A DNA stretch of 64,000 bases from Somniosus microcephalus. Taxonomy: Eukaryota. The notes beneath the pieces were generated by a model. The model worked only from the letters and a program-made list of their open reading frames with translations. It was not told the origin of the DNA and did not search any database. The translations under genes and the position numbers were made by a program. Below are positions 13,501 through 25,634 of the stretch, piece by piece (within the stretch, counting starts at the first letter, position 1; every line of letters starts with the position of its first letter). Where the stretch lies: assembly GCA_052327205.1 (NCBI GenBank), contig CM126202.1:367412001-367476000 (forward strand), read 5' to 3'.

Positions 13501-13919
13501 AATTAGGAATGTATTCCCTAGCATTTAGAAGGTTAAGGGATAATCTGATCGAAGTTTGCAAGATATTAAGGAGAACAGATAGGGTAGATGGAGAGAAACT
13601 ATTTCCCCTGGTTGGGGATTCTACGACTAGGGGGCATCGTCTAAAAATTAGAGCCAGACTTTTCAAGAGTGAAATTAGGAAACACTTCTACACACAAAGG
13701 GTGGTAGAAGTTTGGAACTCTCTTCCGCAAACAGCAATTGATGCTAGGTCAATTGTTAATTTTAAATCAGAGATTGATAGTTTTTTGTTAACTAAAGGTA
13801 TTAAGGGATACGGGGCAAAGGCGGGTATATGGAGTTAGGTCGCAGATCAGCCATGATCTCACTGAATGGCGGAACAGGCTCGAGGGGCTGAATGGCCTAC
13901 TCCTGTTCCAATGTTCTTA
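13501..13919 (+). mobile_element. 5'-truncated CR1 LINE 3' end
   Basis: YSLAFRRLRDNLIEV...RGHRLKI...WNSLP...GIKGYG* plus the tail gatcagccatgatc...ggcctactcctg. Flanked by acacaa at 13495-13500 and 13920-13925. Confidence 0.9.
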
Positions 13920-13925
13920 ACACAA

Positions 13926-14100
13926 TAGTTAAAACTTTTAGTGTTAATCTCGATATCCCTCACAAATTTCTTTTCATATTCCCTTTTTGCAGCTCTTACT
14001 ATCATTTTTGTCCTCCTTTGCTGTTTTTATCTGTCCCAGTCCCCTGGATCTACACTATTCTTTGCACTTGTATATGCTCTTTCCTTTAGTTATATGTTAT
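13926..14100 (-). mobile_element. Older CR1 ORF2 fragment
   Basis: Minus strand reads EKKFVRDIEINTKSF, similar to ESKLAKNI.TDSKSF near 46200. Confidence 0.55.
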
Positions 14101-14104
14101 CTGA

Positions 14105-14510
14105 GATCATGAGTTGTGACCAAAGCTTGGTCAAAGAGGTGGATTTTAAGGAGGGTTTTAAAAGAGGAAAGTGAGATGGAGATCTGAGTGGTTTAGGGAG
14201 AGATTCCATAGCCTGGGCCCTAGGCAGCTGAAAACACTAACACTGGTGGTGGAATGAAGGGAGGGAGAATGCACAAGAGGCTGCAGTCAGAGGAATGGAG
14301 AAGTTGGACGGGTTGTAGTACGGGAGAAGGATACTGAAATAAGAAGTGCTGAAACCATGGAGAGATTTAAGCACAAAGATAAAAACTTTAAATTTTAGGT
14401 ACTGGGGACTCAGAGCCAATATATGGCAGTGAGGACAGGAGTGATGCACAAGTGGTACATGGTATGTGATAGGATATGGGCAGCAGAGTATTGGATGCGC
14501 TAAAGATCCA
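14105..14510 (-). mobile_element. L2 LINE 3' fragment
   Basis: Reverse-complement similarity to 48684-49327 (FKVFIFVLKSLHG, gaccaagctt, cagctgcctagg). Confidence 0.75.
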
Positions 14511-15694
14511 CAATAGCACAATGAGAAACAATCACATTTACAAAACTGAAAACATTAACTGGACTAGATATTCCTATTACCAGTATACTGTTTGGAAGAT
14601 GACCAGCAGCTTTTCATGTCCTTCGAATAGATTCTGCACCTTCTCTTACTACTTTTCATGATTGGAAATTGCATTCTGTAATTGTTCACATGTTAATGGA
14701 GCAAGCTTCGTGTAAATAGTATCATGGCTCATTTCCACAGTCCTCATGTTTGCACTGGGTGAGCTCATTGCCAACGACAGCCCAGTGCCCACTTTTGCAG
14801 TTAATTCAGCAGAATCAAATTTATTGTATTCCAGGAAACCTTGCTGACTAATGCAAATTCCCCCAGAGCATTGAAAATTAAGATCTGCTGGTTCTAATCT
14901 GCTGTGCACTGCTGCTGAAAACTTCCTGAACTTGAGAATTCTACTTTTAAGCCATTGAAGTCACTTTGTAACTGTAAGTACTAATTTTCAGCATCTATTT
15001 ACACATTCTATGTGGTGGTGGTACAGTTGTAATGAAGGTGAATAGCAAAATAAAAGTCTGAGTTCCATGTCCCTTAGTGCTGCCCCCCTATGTTTTCTGC
15101 AAGCTCATACTTAGGTTAATACTGCACCAATTTATTGTCCACATTGACTCCTTGAAATAATAATAAATTCCTGAAAACTTAACGTGTGAGTCCCAAATAA
15201 CTGATGGATTCAGAATGCTATATCTAATTGTGACCTAGGCCTACCTTTTTTGATGAAGCTTTATAGCCATCTTTGGTAAGTTGGAACAGATACCCTTTAA
15301 GATGATGCCCTTTTGTTTTCCCTTTACCTACTGTATGATATTTTGCCTCTGTAAATTTATCAGCTGTGTCAATGCTATTTACCTCAATTGTAGAGTATTG
15401 TTTCAAGCTCCCATTTGACTCAGGCTGATAATGACCATGAATTCAAGGTGATGTCTGCAATGTCTTCTTTCATTATGAGCCACTGAGCTTTTTTTCCCAT
15501 ATGGCCTTCAATCTGCTTAAATGATTCAACTTTCCAATGATCCAATGGCAGGATCATTTTTAATGTTTTCATTTGATGGAATTTGCAACTAAGGCCAGAT
15601 TTTCTTTTCCCTCGGTGGTAGTGAGTAATGCAAATGGTGTTTGTTTGGAGTCTTTGCTTCATTATCCCTTCATTTGAATATTAATGTGGTGCAG

Positions 15695-15810
15695 TGCTCT
15701 GTGGACTGGGTAGCACAGTGGAATTAAATACTATTCTTTTACTTCAGAGATGTAGGGTTGGATCCAGCCCAGACTGAGAGAATTAAAGTTTCCTTTCTTC
15801 AAAAGTTGCT
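15695..15810 (+). mobile_element. Decayed tRNA-derived SINE head
   Basis: A-box-like tagcacagtgg and B-box-like gggttggatccagccc. Resemblance to LF-SINE-type heads is from memory only. Confidence 0.45.
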
Positions 15811-16444
15811 GACGGTGCCATATTGGATACTTATATAGAAGAATATTGCAGATTTCATGCTATCGTGGGTTATAACACTGTCCTTTTATCTTTGGGACCT
15901 GCATTTAAAAAGCCAAGGCCTGTGGGATAGACATCTCCCTCTTTAAAGGTTGTAAGATACTTAACTGAAATGAATTTCAGTCATATTAATTTAATTCTTG
16001 ATGGACATTGGTCGACAGAAAGAAACTTGCATTTATGCAGTGCAAAATCTTCCATGATTTGTCACGAAATATCAATACTTAGGCAGTTGTTACTTTCATA
16101 TCTTAACATAGTGTGAAGTAGTGAGCGAAATCGCAGGCTGATTAACAGTCTGACCTGTAGTGTCCGAGGATCAATAATACTCAGACTGCAGGAGAACAAT
16201 AAAACAGGTATTTACTGAACAGTGAGTAATTCAAGACTGAAGTACAGAAGCCTGCTAGGGCTTTTTATACAGGTGTGGTCACTGCCGGTACTGCAGTATA
16301 AAATCAGTTCTTCTCTTAAAGGTACATACACAACAATTCCTCCCCTTTTAGATAAACAGTACATAACATTCATTTAACAACTAAATAATAACTAATTACA
16401 ATTACAATTTTCTCTGTACTATATACATCAACTGAAATAATTAT

Positions 16445-19400
16445 TTATAAGTTCAGTCTTTGAGGAGGCTTCCTGATCCTGACTGGATAGCGCCTTTCTC
16501 GAGTATCCTGTTCTTGCGGCGGAGTCGATTCTGGCTCATTGTCATTGGTTGATTCGTCAGCTTCCAATACCACTGCTTCTGATGTAGATGCAATCTGTAC
16601 TTTGGGTTCATTACCAGGTGCACATGCTCATGGTATAGGTTTGGCTTGTTCCTGTGACTCTAGAATCTGGTCAGCATAGCGTCTCACGATGCTCTATCCA
16701 ACGTCCACTGTGTACATTAGTGGTCCCTGCTGTGTGCATATAGTTCCTGGCTGCCATTTTTAGTTCGGTAGTCGCGGGCCAAGACTGGTTGCCCTATCTT
16801 GAAGCTCCTGGTTGGCTTCTCATTGATGTGCTGGAATTGCTTATCCTCAACATCTCGTCTTATGTTTGGTTTGAGCAAATCCAGGTGACATCTTAGCCTT
16901 CGGTTGAAGAACATTATGGCTGGAGCTTGGTTGGTGACTGCATGTGTCGCATTCCGGTAAGCAAACAAGAAATTATCTACCTTGTGTTGTAGTGGTATGT
17001 CATCGTTATACATCGCCTTTATTGCCTTTTTAAAGGTCTGAACAAACCTCTCAGCCAATCCATTTGTGGCTGGATGATATGGGGCAGATGTGTAATGTTT
17101 CACCCCATTATTCCTCAGAAACCTCCGGAAATCCTCGGACACAAACTGTGGCCCATTGTCGGAGCAAATCTGTTCTGGCAAGCCATTCCTGCCGAAGATG
17201 GTCCGTGGGACTGCAATAGTTTTCTCCGTGGTGGTGGAGGACATTTTGATGACCTCTGGCCATTTTGAGTGGGCATCCACGGCGATTAGAAACATTGAGT
17301 CCATAAATGGACCATCAAAATCAATGTGTACCCATTGCCATGGAGATGAGGGCCACTCCCATGGGTGTAGCGGGGCCTGTGGTGGTGCGTTTTGGACCTT
17401 CTGGCATCCTGTGCATCTCTTGGTCATATCCTCAATTTCATTATCGATTTCCGGCCACCACACAAACGCCCTGGCTAGGCTTTTCATTTTTACCCCTCCC
17501 AGATGACCCTCATGAAGCTCATTGAGCACTCTATTTCTCAACTTGGGTGGAATTACCACTCGGGATCCACACATCAAGGTCCCCCGGCACACTGACAGCT
17601 GTTCTCTCCTTGGCGAGAATGCTGGCAACAGTGAGTCGCCATGTGCTGGCCATCCCTTCACTGTCAAATCATAGACCCGAGAGAGTGTCGGGTCATTTCG
17701 GGTTTCCTTCTCTATACTTGAGTTTGTAACAGGCAGACATTCGACTATGGTCGCATGGAATATCTCAACAGGGTCCACTGCAGGTGCTTCCTCTACCATA
17801 GGCAACGGTAGACACAACAGCCCATCAGCGTTTCCATGCTGTTTCATACCCTTGTACTCTATGTCGTACTGATGTGCCCCTAGAAAAGGTGACCATCTTT
17901 GCAGCCGTTGCGCCGTCATCACCGGAACTCCCTTCTTTGGGTTAAAAATGGAGACCAGGGGCTGATGATCAGTCAGTAGGGTGAATTTCTGCCCGTGCAG
18001 ATAGTGATTGAACTTCTTCACCCCCCACACCAGGCTGAGGGCCTCCCTGTCAATCTGGGCGTAGTTACGCTCGGCTGAGGTTAACGAGCGCGACGCAAAG
18101 GCTATTGGCCTCTCTGAACCGTCAAGGAATTTGTGTGACAGCACCGTTCCAATGCCGTAGGGAGACGCATCACATACCAACCGAATCGGTAGTGTTGGGT
18201 TGTAGTGGGCCAATACTTCTTTTGAAGTGATTAGGCATTTACATTTCTGAAAGGCATGCTTATACTCATCACTCCATTTCTATGTTACTCCAGTTTGCAG
18301 CAGGGCGTTCAGTGGGTGCAGAATTGTAGATAAATTCGGCAAGAACTTATGGTAGTAGTTCACCAACCCGAGGAACGACCTCAGTTGCGACACATTTTCC
18401 GGTGCTGGAGCCTTGACTACAGCCTCAATCTTGTCTGGTGACTTATGCAACCCTTTCTCATCAATCATGTGGCCACAATACGAGATTTGTCTCCTGAAGA
18501 ACTCGCATTTGGGGCGGTTGGCTCGTAGCCCATATTCCTGTAATGTAGTGAGCTCCTGCTCCAGGTTGGCAAGGTGTTCACTGTCATTTTCGCCCGTAAC
18601 CAGGATGTCATCCAAATAACACTGGGTCCCCGGGATCCCTTGCAGGACTTGTTCCATTGCCCTCTGCCAAATAGCCGGGGCTGATGCTACCCCAAATACC
18701 AGTCAATTGTACTGGTAAAGGCATTTGTGAGTGTTTATGGTGAGGTATTGCCTAGATGCTTCTTCCACCTCCATTTGTAGATATGCTTGGGCCAGATCAA
18801 TCTTCATAAAGCGTTTCCCTCCAGATAGTGAGGCGAAAATATCTTCTATCCGTGGAAGAGGATATTGTACTGTGTGCAGGACTGGGTTCACAGTTACCTT
18901 GAAATCCCCACAGATGCGAACCTTCTTCGGCTCCCCTGGCGTTCTGCACAATGATTTCTTCATTACAAGAATGATGGGTGTGGCTCACTCACTCCAGTCT
19001 ACCTTGGACAGCACACCCGAATGCTCCAGACTCTCCAGTTCTGCTTCAACAGCTGGGCGGATCGCGTACGGTACCGGTCTGGCCTTAAAAATTTTTGGGT
19101 TTGCGTTATCTTCGATTTTTATCATTGCCTTTACTCCTTTTAGAGTCCCAAGTCCTTGTTGGAACACCTCTTTCGCGTCAGTTAGAATTTTTGACAGTCG
19201 TCCAGGTGTGACGTCATCATCCTTTATGCCAGTCACAGTTAGCGCCTGAATGGAATGCCAATCCAATTGTATTTTTCGGATCCATTCACGTCCCAATAAT
19301 GGTGGTCCTCCATCTTGTAGTATATATAGATACAGTTTCTGTGTGTCCTTGCCGTTGTATTTAACTGGCACCCTTATTTTTCCTCTGGGGTAGACTTTTT

Positions 19401-20398
19401 GCCCTGTGTATGTCTTCAATACAATAGACGTGTCCTTCAAGGGTATGTGTGAGAATAGCCGCTCCTAGTCTCGTCGATTCATGACAGTTAGGGCTGATCC
19501 TGTATCCAATTCCATCTTTACTTGGGACCCTGCTATCATGAGGGTGACCCAAATGGTTCGGTGATCCTCCTTTGCGATCACGTTGTGTAACTTTAGACAA
19601 CTTAGTCTCCTGCTCCCGGAGTCATTATCACTCTCCTGATCTTCCGAACTACTGTCTGTCATTTTTTTTTACTTTCTTGTACTTTTCCTTAGTAGTTCTT
19701 GTAGTGTTGGTTTTCTTTCCCAACCTGCAGACTCTTGCTATATGTCCCATTTTCCCGCATTGCCTGCATACTTTGTCCTTAAACCAGCAGTCCTTCTGAT
19801 CATGGGTTGTTCTGCCGCAGTGATAGCACTTTTCTGCTCCATACGCCATTTCGTTAGCGCTGTATTCTTGTGGTTTCTGTTGTATTTCCGCAGCTCCCCG
19901 TGCTGCTGCTTCGTAAGATACTGCCACGCTGAAAGCCTGTTCTAGCATCGGGTTCTTTTCCGAAAGTAGTCGTTTCTGGGTTCCTTCACTCTGGAGCCCG
20001 CAGACAAACTTATCCCGTAAGGTGTCTGCCAGTCCTGCTCCGAACTGGCAGTGCTTCGATAACTTGCGTAGTTCCGTAAGATAGTCAGCATTGTTCTCAT
20101 CTTTGTACTGGTTTCTTTTATGGAACTTGAATCGTTCTGCTATCAGCAGCGGTGTAGGGTTTAGGTGTTCCTGTAAGATATTAACAATCTCTTCAAAACT
20201 TTTCTCCATTGGTTTAGCTGGGGTAATTAAATTCCGCAATAAGCCGTACATTCTCGCGCCCATCAAATTTAATAATACCGACGCCTTCTTTCCATTGGCC
20301 ACCTCATTGGCATTGCAGTACACGTCAATTCTTTCCACATACGTGGCCCAGTCTTCTACCTCGTTATCGAAAGCAGTGATACTGCCACTCTTCGGCAT
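16445..20398 (-). pseudogene. Gag-Pol polyprotein, several stops and frameshifts
   Basis: MPKSG...EDWATYVERI gag, two CCHC knuckles, LDTGS, YLDD, DASPYG, HEGHLG HHCC and SDNGPQF integrase core. Confidence 0.93.
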
Positions 20399-20410
20399 CT
20401 TGGGTGATTT

Positions 20411-20528
20411 AAAATGGCACCTCCTGCGCTTTTTCTTCTTCCCCAATGTAATAAAATGGTGCCTCCCGCGCTTTTCCTTCTTTCCCAATGGAATAAAATG
20501 GCGCCTCCCGCGCTTTTCCTTCTTCCCC
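20411..20528. repeat. 42-bp tandem repeat (~2.8 copies) in the Gypsy-2 leader
   Basis: Units aaaatggcgcctcccgcgcttttccttctt... start at 20411, 20453 and 20495. Confidence 0.9.
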
Positions 20529-22205
20529 TTGCTGCCCCGCTGCTCCTAGCGTTCTACAGGGTAATGGCGGTGACCCGCGGCTTCGGCGCATATCACTTTT
20601 CCTTCCCCGCATTCTATCCTCTCCACGCTGCCAGGTTCTTGAGCACCGACCGCGCCCTGTGCGCTCCACCCTCTCTCTCTCTTCCTCCCGACGACGCTGC
20701 ATGGCCCCTTTGCAGAGCCGCTCGATCGAGCCCGAGCCCACCACAGTCCGGAAGGGTCAGTGCACTACCTGCTACCAGCACGACTTGCTGGAACACCTCG
20801 ACTGGGGAGCCAGGCCCAGCTCTCCACAGCCTCCCCTGCAACTCTCCCATGGATCCCTGGGCGGTTGCCCGTGGTCGACGCCCGCCATTCTGACTTCGAC
20901 CTCCAAGAAGCTTCTCTTCAGGGAAAAGATCCCCGTGAGGTGATGCAGTACTGCAGGTGAGTTCAAACCTGCCCGTCACCAGTGTAGTGTCCGAGGGTCA
21001 ATAATACTCAGACTGCAGGAGAACAATAAAACAGGTATTTACTGAACAGAGAGTAATTCAAGACTGAAGTACAGAAGCCTGCTAGGGCTTTTTATACAGG
21101 TGTGGTCACTGCCGGTACTGCAGTTTAAAATCAGTTCTTCTCTTAAAGGTACATACACAACATGACCGGTCGTGAGATGAGTGCTCCTTCCATGGCCATA
21201 ACCACCTTTATACTATCCGATAGGGTGGTTAGTCCTAAGCAGTGGGAGGGTTTTATTGGCTCCCACAAACCCCATGATGCAAGAGGGCCTCCTACACCCA
21301 CCAGATTTGAATATCCACGCTGGATGTCAAGCCAGAATTCAGAGCCGGAGCTCCAGCCTCCACTCGCCCAGACCCTCAGGTTCGAACCCTGCACCTTCTG
21401 TCTCAGAGGCAGGAACATTACTACTGAGTCAAAGGCTCACTTGTCAATTAGGCAGAGTCACTCTGGGAATCCATTGGGCTATCTGATGCTGGAAATGAAA
21501 AGGTTTCACTGGTCTGTTTCAGCATGTGCTGCTCTTTTGAGGTTAGGGATAAGGTAATTTGTTGAGGTAGTTGGAAATTGGATAAAAATTGTGAGAAATG
21601 TTTTTTCACATACAACCATTTACACACATTATATATTAGTGAACACAACTACTTGCAATCATATAGGGCTGGAATTTGTCAGCTCAGAGGAGGCGGGAAT
21701 GGATGCGTGTGGGGTGTTAAAATTGCAAAAAGTGGTGGGCGGGCCCGACCCCGCCCGACCCCGCCTCCATCCCGCCTCCAAGCAATTTTCCCAAATGCGT
21801 GGTTTCTGATCCCGTCTCCTTCCCGCCTGTTTGAGGCGGGATAGGCCTTTAAGGTCCTTAACAACCATTAAATTGCCTCTATAATCCCATTTTGAGAGGC
21901 CTTTCCAATTTTATCACATTTCCCACATGATTCACGTCTCCTCTGAAACACAACCGTGAAACCTGGTGGGAGCACAATTGGATTGCTGACTATCAGCTGC
22001 AGCTCCGCCATTAAATAGGAGATTTGATCAGTCATCATTTGCAGGTGGCAGGAATTTGTTGTCACAGGTCTGGGTGAACATTTAGCAGGCATAACCATAG
22101 CTGTGGAAGTTTGGAGCCTGACACCCATCTCCAGTGTGACCTGCTGGAAAACCCCTCTCACCACCTTGACTGAGCGCTTCCTCAACTGAGGCATCTACCA
22201 GAAGC

Positions 22206-23434
22206 ATGGGAACCATTTATTTCCTTTCTTCCTGGACATCAGATTTGGGTGAAGACCAGCCGCGGCAGCAGCAGCACTATGAACAACACTAGCACCAACA
22301 GCAGCATCAACAACAGGAGCGCCAAGCTGCTGCTCACCCACCTGAAGCTGCACAGGCCAGAAGGTGCCAGCCCATGGAAGCCCGCTGGCGCAGGAGATAC
22401 CCCACAAACAGGGTCTACAGACAGAGGATCAGCTACCTCAGCATGAGTGAGCAGCAGTGCCAAAGGCGGCTCCGACTTTCTCAAGAGGTAGTGGGTGACA
22501 TCTGCGCAATGGTGCAGCAAGACCTGCTGCCCAGAGGAGCAGGTGGACAACCCTTACCAGTGGCCATCAAAGTCACCACCGCACTCAGCTTTTGCTTTAG
22601 GCTCATTCCAGGGATCAGCAGCAGACATCAGCGGCATCTCCCAGGCGGCCGCACACACTTGCATCACGCATGTAACCGATGCCCTCTGCCATTGTGCATA
22701 ATCACATCCATTTCTCCAAGGATCAAGCAAGTGTCACGGCGCGTGCAGTTGGATTAGCTAATCTGGTAGGATTTCCAAGGGTGCAGGGTATCATTGACTG
22801 CACACGTGGCCCTTAAGGCACCCCATCGCAATCCAGGAATTTTTGTCAACCGCAAGGGCTTCCACTCCCTCAACGTGCAGCTGGTGTGTGACCACAAGAA
22901 GGAAATTTTGCATGCCTGTGCAAAGTACCCTGGCAGTTGCCATGACTCCTTCATACTGCGCCAGCCTAGTATGCCTCCACTCTTCAGTCCGCCAGACCAA
23001 CTTAACAAGGGCTATCCCCTGAAGACGTGGCTAATGACGCCGTTGAGGAGCCCATCCAACGAAGCTGAGGAGAGCTACAACTACAGCCACATTTCCACCA
23101 GATCCATAATCGAGCAAACCATCGGCATGCTAAAGATGCGCTTCCGATGCCTGGATAGATCAGGTTAGCCCTGCAATACTCAGCAGCCAGGGTCTCCAGA
23201 ATCATCGTGGTTTGCTGTGCACATCACAACATGGCACAGCGTCGTGACTTGCAGATTCCTGAGGACCAAGTGGCTCCTCACATATCATCCTCAGATGAGG
23301 AGGAGGTGGAGGAGGAGGAGGAGGAGAGCGAAAACGAACATCTTGCAGAGGCCCATCAACCAGCGGCAGCAGTATGCGAGAAAATTGCTGCCCAGGATGC
23401 AAGGAACGCACTCATCTTGGCCAGATTTGCTTAG
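22206..23434 (+). pseudogene. HARBI1-like transposase, decayed
   Basis: MGTIYFLSSW...[56 protein letters not shown]. In-frame loss of GWLxGD at ~23005. Confidence 0.92.
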
Positions 23435-23691
23435 CCTAGCTAATCAAGCACTTTTGCCTCGCAGATTCTTACCAGAGCATCGACAATGGCAAAGAACCAG
23501 TGGATTCCTAGCACTCTGACCACCATACTGACAATTGCAAGTAATCCGAAGCCCTCAACGTGGATGTCCCATTTACGAAATGATGCACGCCACAACTGCA
23601 ACAGTTTCCATCAGAATTTTTATTTACAATAACCAACTGATGGCATTTTAAAAATAAAAACATATTTTCACCCAAGTGACTACCCTTGTGA

Positions 23692-25634
23692 CTAATTGTG
23701 CAGTCTTTCTCTTATGCGTCCTCCTACGTGGTGCTTCTCCTGTGGCTTCAGCAGATGTGGAGGCCCCTTGCTCACTTTCTTGCTGCTCGTGTCTTGACAC
23801 CTTTGGTGAGTGTCCTCTGGGGTTGCGAACCTGTGAGGGCTAGGCAAAAGTCTGCTGCTCCTACGGCTGTGCAGATGTTGAGATGCCGATCTCAGTTGGG
23901 TTGGGACTCTGGTGGGGCTCTGACCGAGGACTTGGCAGTGGCATGGAAGTGTGAGCACTTGGAGAGGAGTCCCCACTTCCTTGTTCTCTGCCACCAACAT
24001 CCCTCTCATGGATCAGATCCACCTCAGCACTTGCAAGTGGCTTGATAGCACCTTGCTGCACTTCAGGGGGACCACGGGGACCCCCATCAGCACTGGCAGT
24101 CCTACTCAGAAAAACTTCCATGAAGGTCTGTTTTCTCTGTTCAATAGCTGACCATCGCTCCTCCAGAGATGTGAGTCTATTCTGAACACTCACCATGTTT
24201 TCTACACTCTGGCGACTTAGCTCCTCCATGGCCATAGTCATCCTCTCGTCTACTGTAGCCAACATTTCCGTGGTGCTGCGTTAATGCCCCAATGGCTCCA
24301 CAAAGGCTCCGCTCATGTTCGCGATGGACTCCTCCATTCGCTCCACACTCGCAGTGACCCTGGAGACAAAACCTGCAAGAGACTCCTGCACCTGTTCCTG
24401 GAGTTCCAGCACCGCTGTTCTTCTGGATGGACCCAGAGGCAGAGTGCTGACATGCAGCTGAGCCGAGCTGGGAGAGTCCTGCGCCCTCTGACTAGGACTC
24501 TCCACTGCTGTCCCTGTCTCCACAACCTACTGATGCTCACTTGTGAGCTGTGATACACCAGGTGACAACATTAATCTATCTCGCGATGGTCCCACCGAGG
24601 TGTGAGTGTCTGCGCTGGTGCTGGGTTGGCTGAATTCTGCTGACGCTGCGCCCTCAGAGGTTGCAGCTTCCTCTGAGGTGTTTGGAGGCTCAGGCTGTTC
24701 CTCCTGGATAGTGGGGATGGGTGCTTGCGATGGTCCTGTGGTAGAGTAAAGGAAAGAGTCAGAGATGTGGGGCCAAGGTTACATGCACATTGCATATTGC
24801 AGATGATCATAAGTCCATTAGTTAGAGCTTCAGAATCATTATCAGTAACTCATGCAATATCAATGAGAGAGATGAACAACTATTCTGTCACCAGCTTTCT
24901 CTGATGCACCCGTCTGTCCGCCCCCCCACTTGTGCATCGTCCTCGAGTTCCACAATCTCCAGGACCGCCTCCTCCCAAGGGGTGAGGTGGGCTACTGAGG
25001 GTGGCCCTCCTCATGTCCTCGCTCTTTCCCTCTTATTGTGAGCTCTCTTTCCCTGCAATGAGGGAGACAAGTGGAGTTTGAGTGAGAATGAAGGAGTGAG
25101 TGTAGAGTACCATAGCATAGGTGCTTAGAAGGAGACAAAGATGGAGTGAGTTAGCAAGACCAAGGGCCCTCCCTGTGTTTTGTAAGTTGTTTTCATAGCA
25201 TCACAGTGATAGGGAGTGTAAGGGCTTCATAGTCGAATAGTTAGGTGAATGTGACCATAGAGAGAGAGGGAATGGGTAAGGATGCAGGGATGTCAGTGTC
25301 AAGTAGGATGTGGTGGAAGAAGTTGCAAAAGCTGAGTCCTGTTGAGGAGAGGCAATGGGGATCAAATTGAGGGTGATGGCAAAGTCATACTCACTTTTCC
25401 AGTGTGCAGAAGGTCACAAAAACTCTTCCTGCACTGAAGCCAGGTTCTGCGGATCATCGACAATGAGTTGACCTCCTGGGCCACGTGGATCCACACAGCC
25501 TTCGTCTGCTGAAGAGGCTTCTTCCTCCCTGAAGAAAGGAAGAGCACCTCCTTACTAGCTCTTGCTCCCTCCACCAAAGCTTGCAGGGTGACGTCATCAA
25601 ATCTGGGAGCAGACTTAGGTCTCCCGCTGCTCAT
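23692..25634 (-). pseudogene. Three-exon Myb/SANT-like ORF2 (exons 25634-25395, 25052-24892, 24735-~23692)
   Basis: MSSGRPKSAPRFDDVTLQALVEG...RTWLQCRKSF. Same splice sites as copy 2. Contains stops. Confidence 0.85.

Larger units (their letters stand above)
16156..21162 (-). mobile_element. Gypsy (Mag-like) LTR retrotransposon 2, full length
   Basis: 180-bp LTRs 16156-16335 and 20983-21162 (3 substitutions counted), TSD tgacc, PBS-like tggtgacggg, PPT aaaaggggagga. Close relative of Gypsy-1. Confidence 0.97.
16020..21440 (-). mobile_element. tRNA-derived SINE split by Gypsy-2 (pieces ~16020-16155 and 21163-21440)
   Basis: Minus-strand head tgactcagtagt...gggttcgaacc. Both pieces align colinearly with the + copy at 49665-50017. 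Confidence 0.75.

Noticed and set aside
13024-13919. Twin-priming inversion of a single CR1
   Set aside because: The + segment is flanked by its own acacaa duplication and antisense CR1 continues beyond it, favouring an independent insertion. The left breakpoint is outside the window, so this is not fully excluded.
14741-14758. Possible 18-nt micro-exon (ccacag|tcctcatgtttgcactgg|gtgagc)
   Set aside because: Splice-like flanks arise by chance and no neighbouring exons were identified. Needs RNA-seq.
15072-15094. CTCF-like motif (tagtgctgccccccta)
   Set aside because: Only the GGCAGCA half matches. The other core positions mismatch.
15224-15662. Two short minus-strand ORFs as host exons
   Set aside because: No recognisable domain and no convincing splice-site pair.
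21370-21440. tRNA gene
   Set aside because: Only A/B-box-like motifs of a SINE head, with no full cloverleaf.
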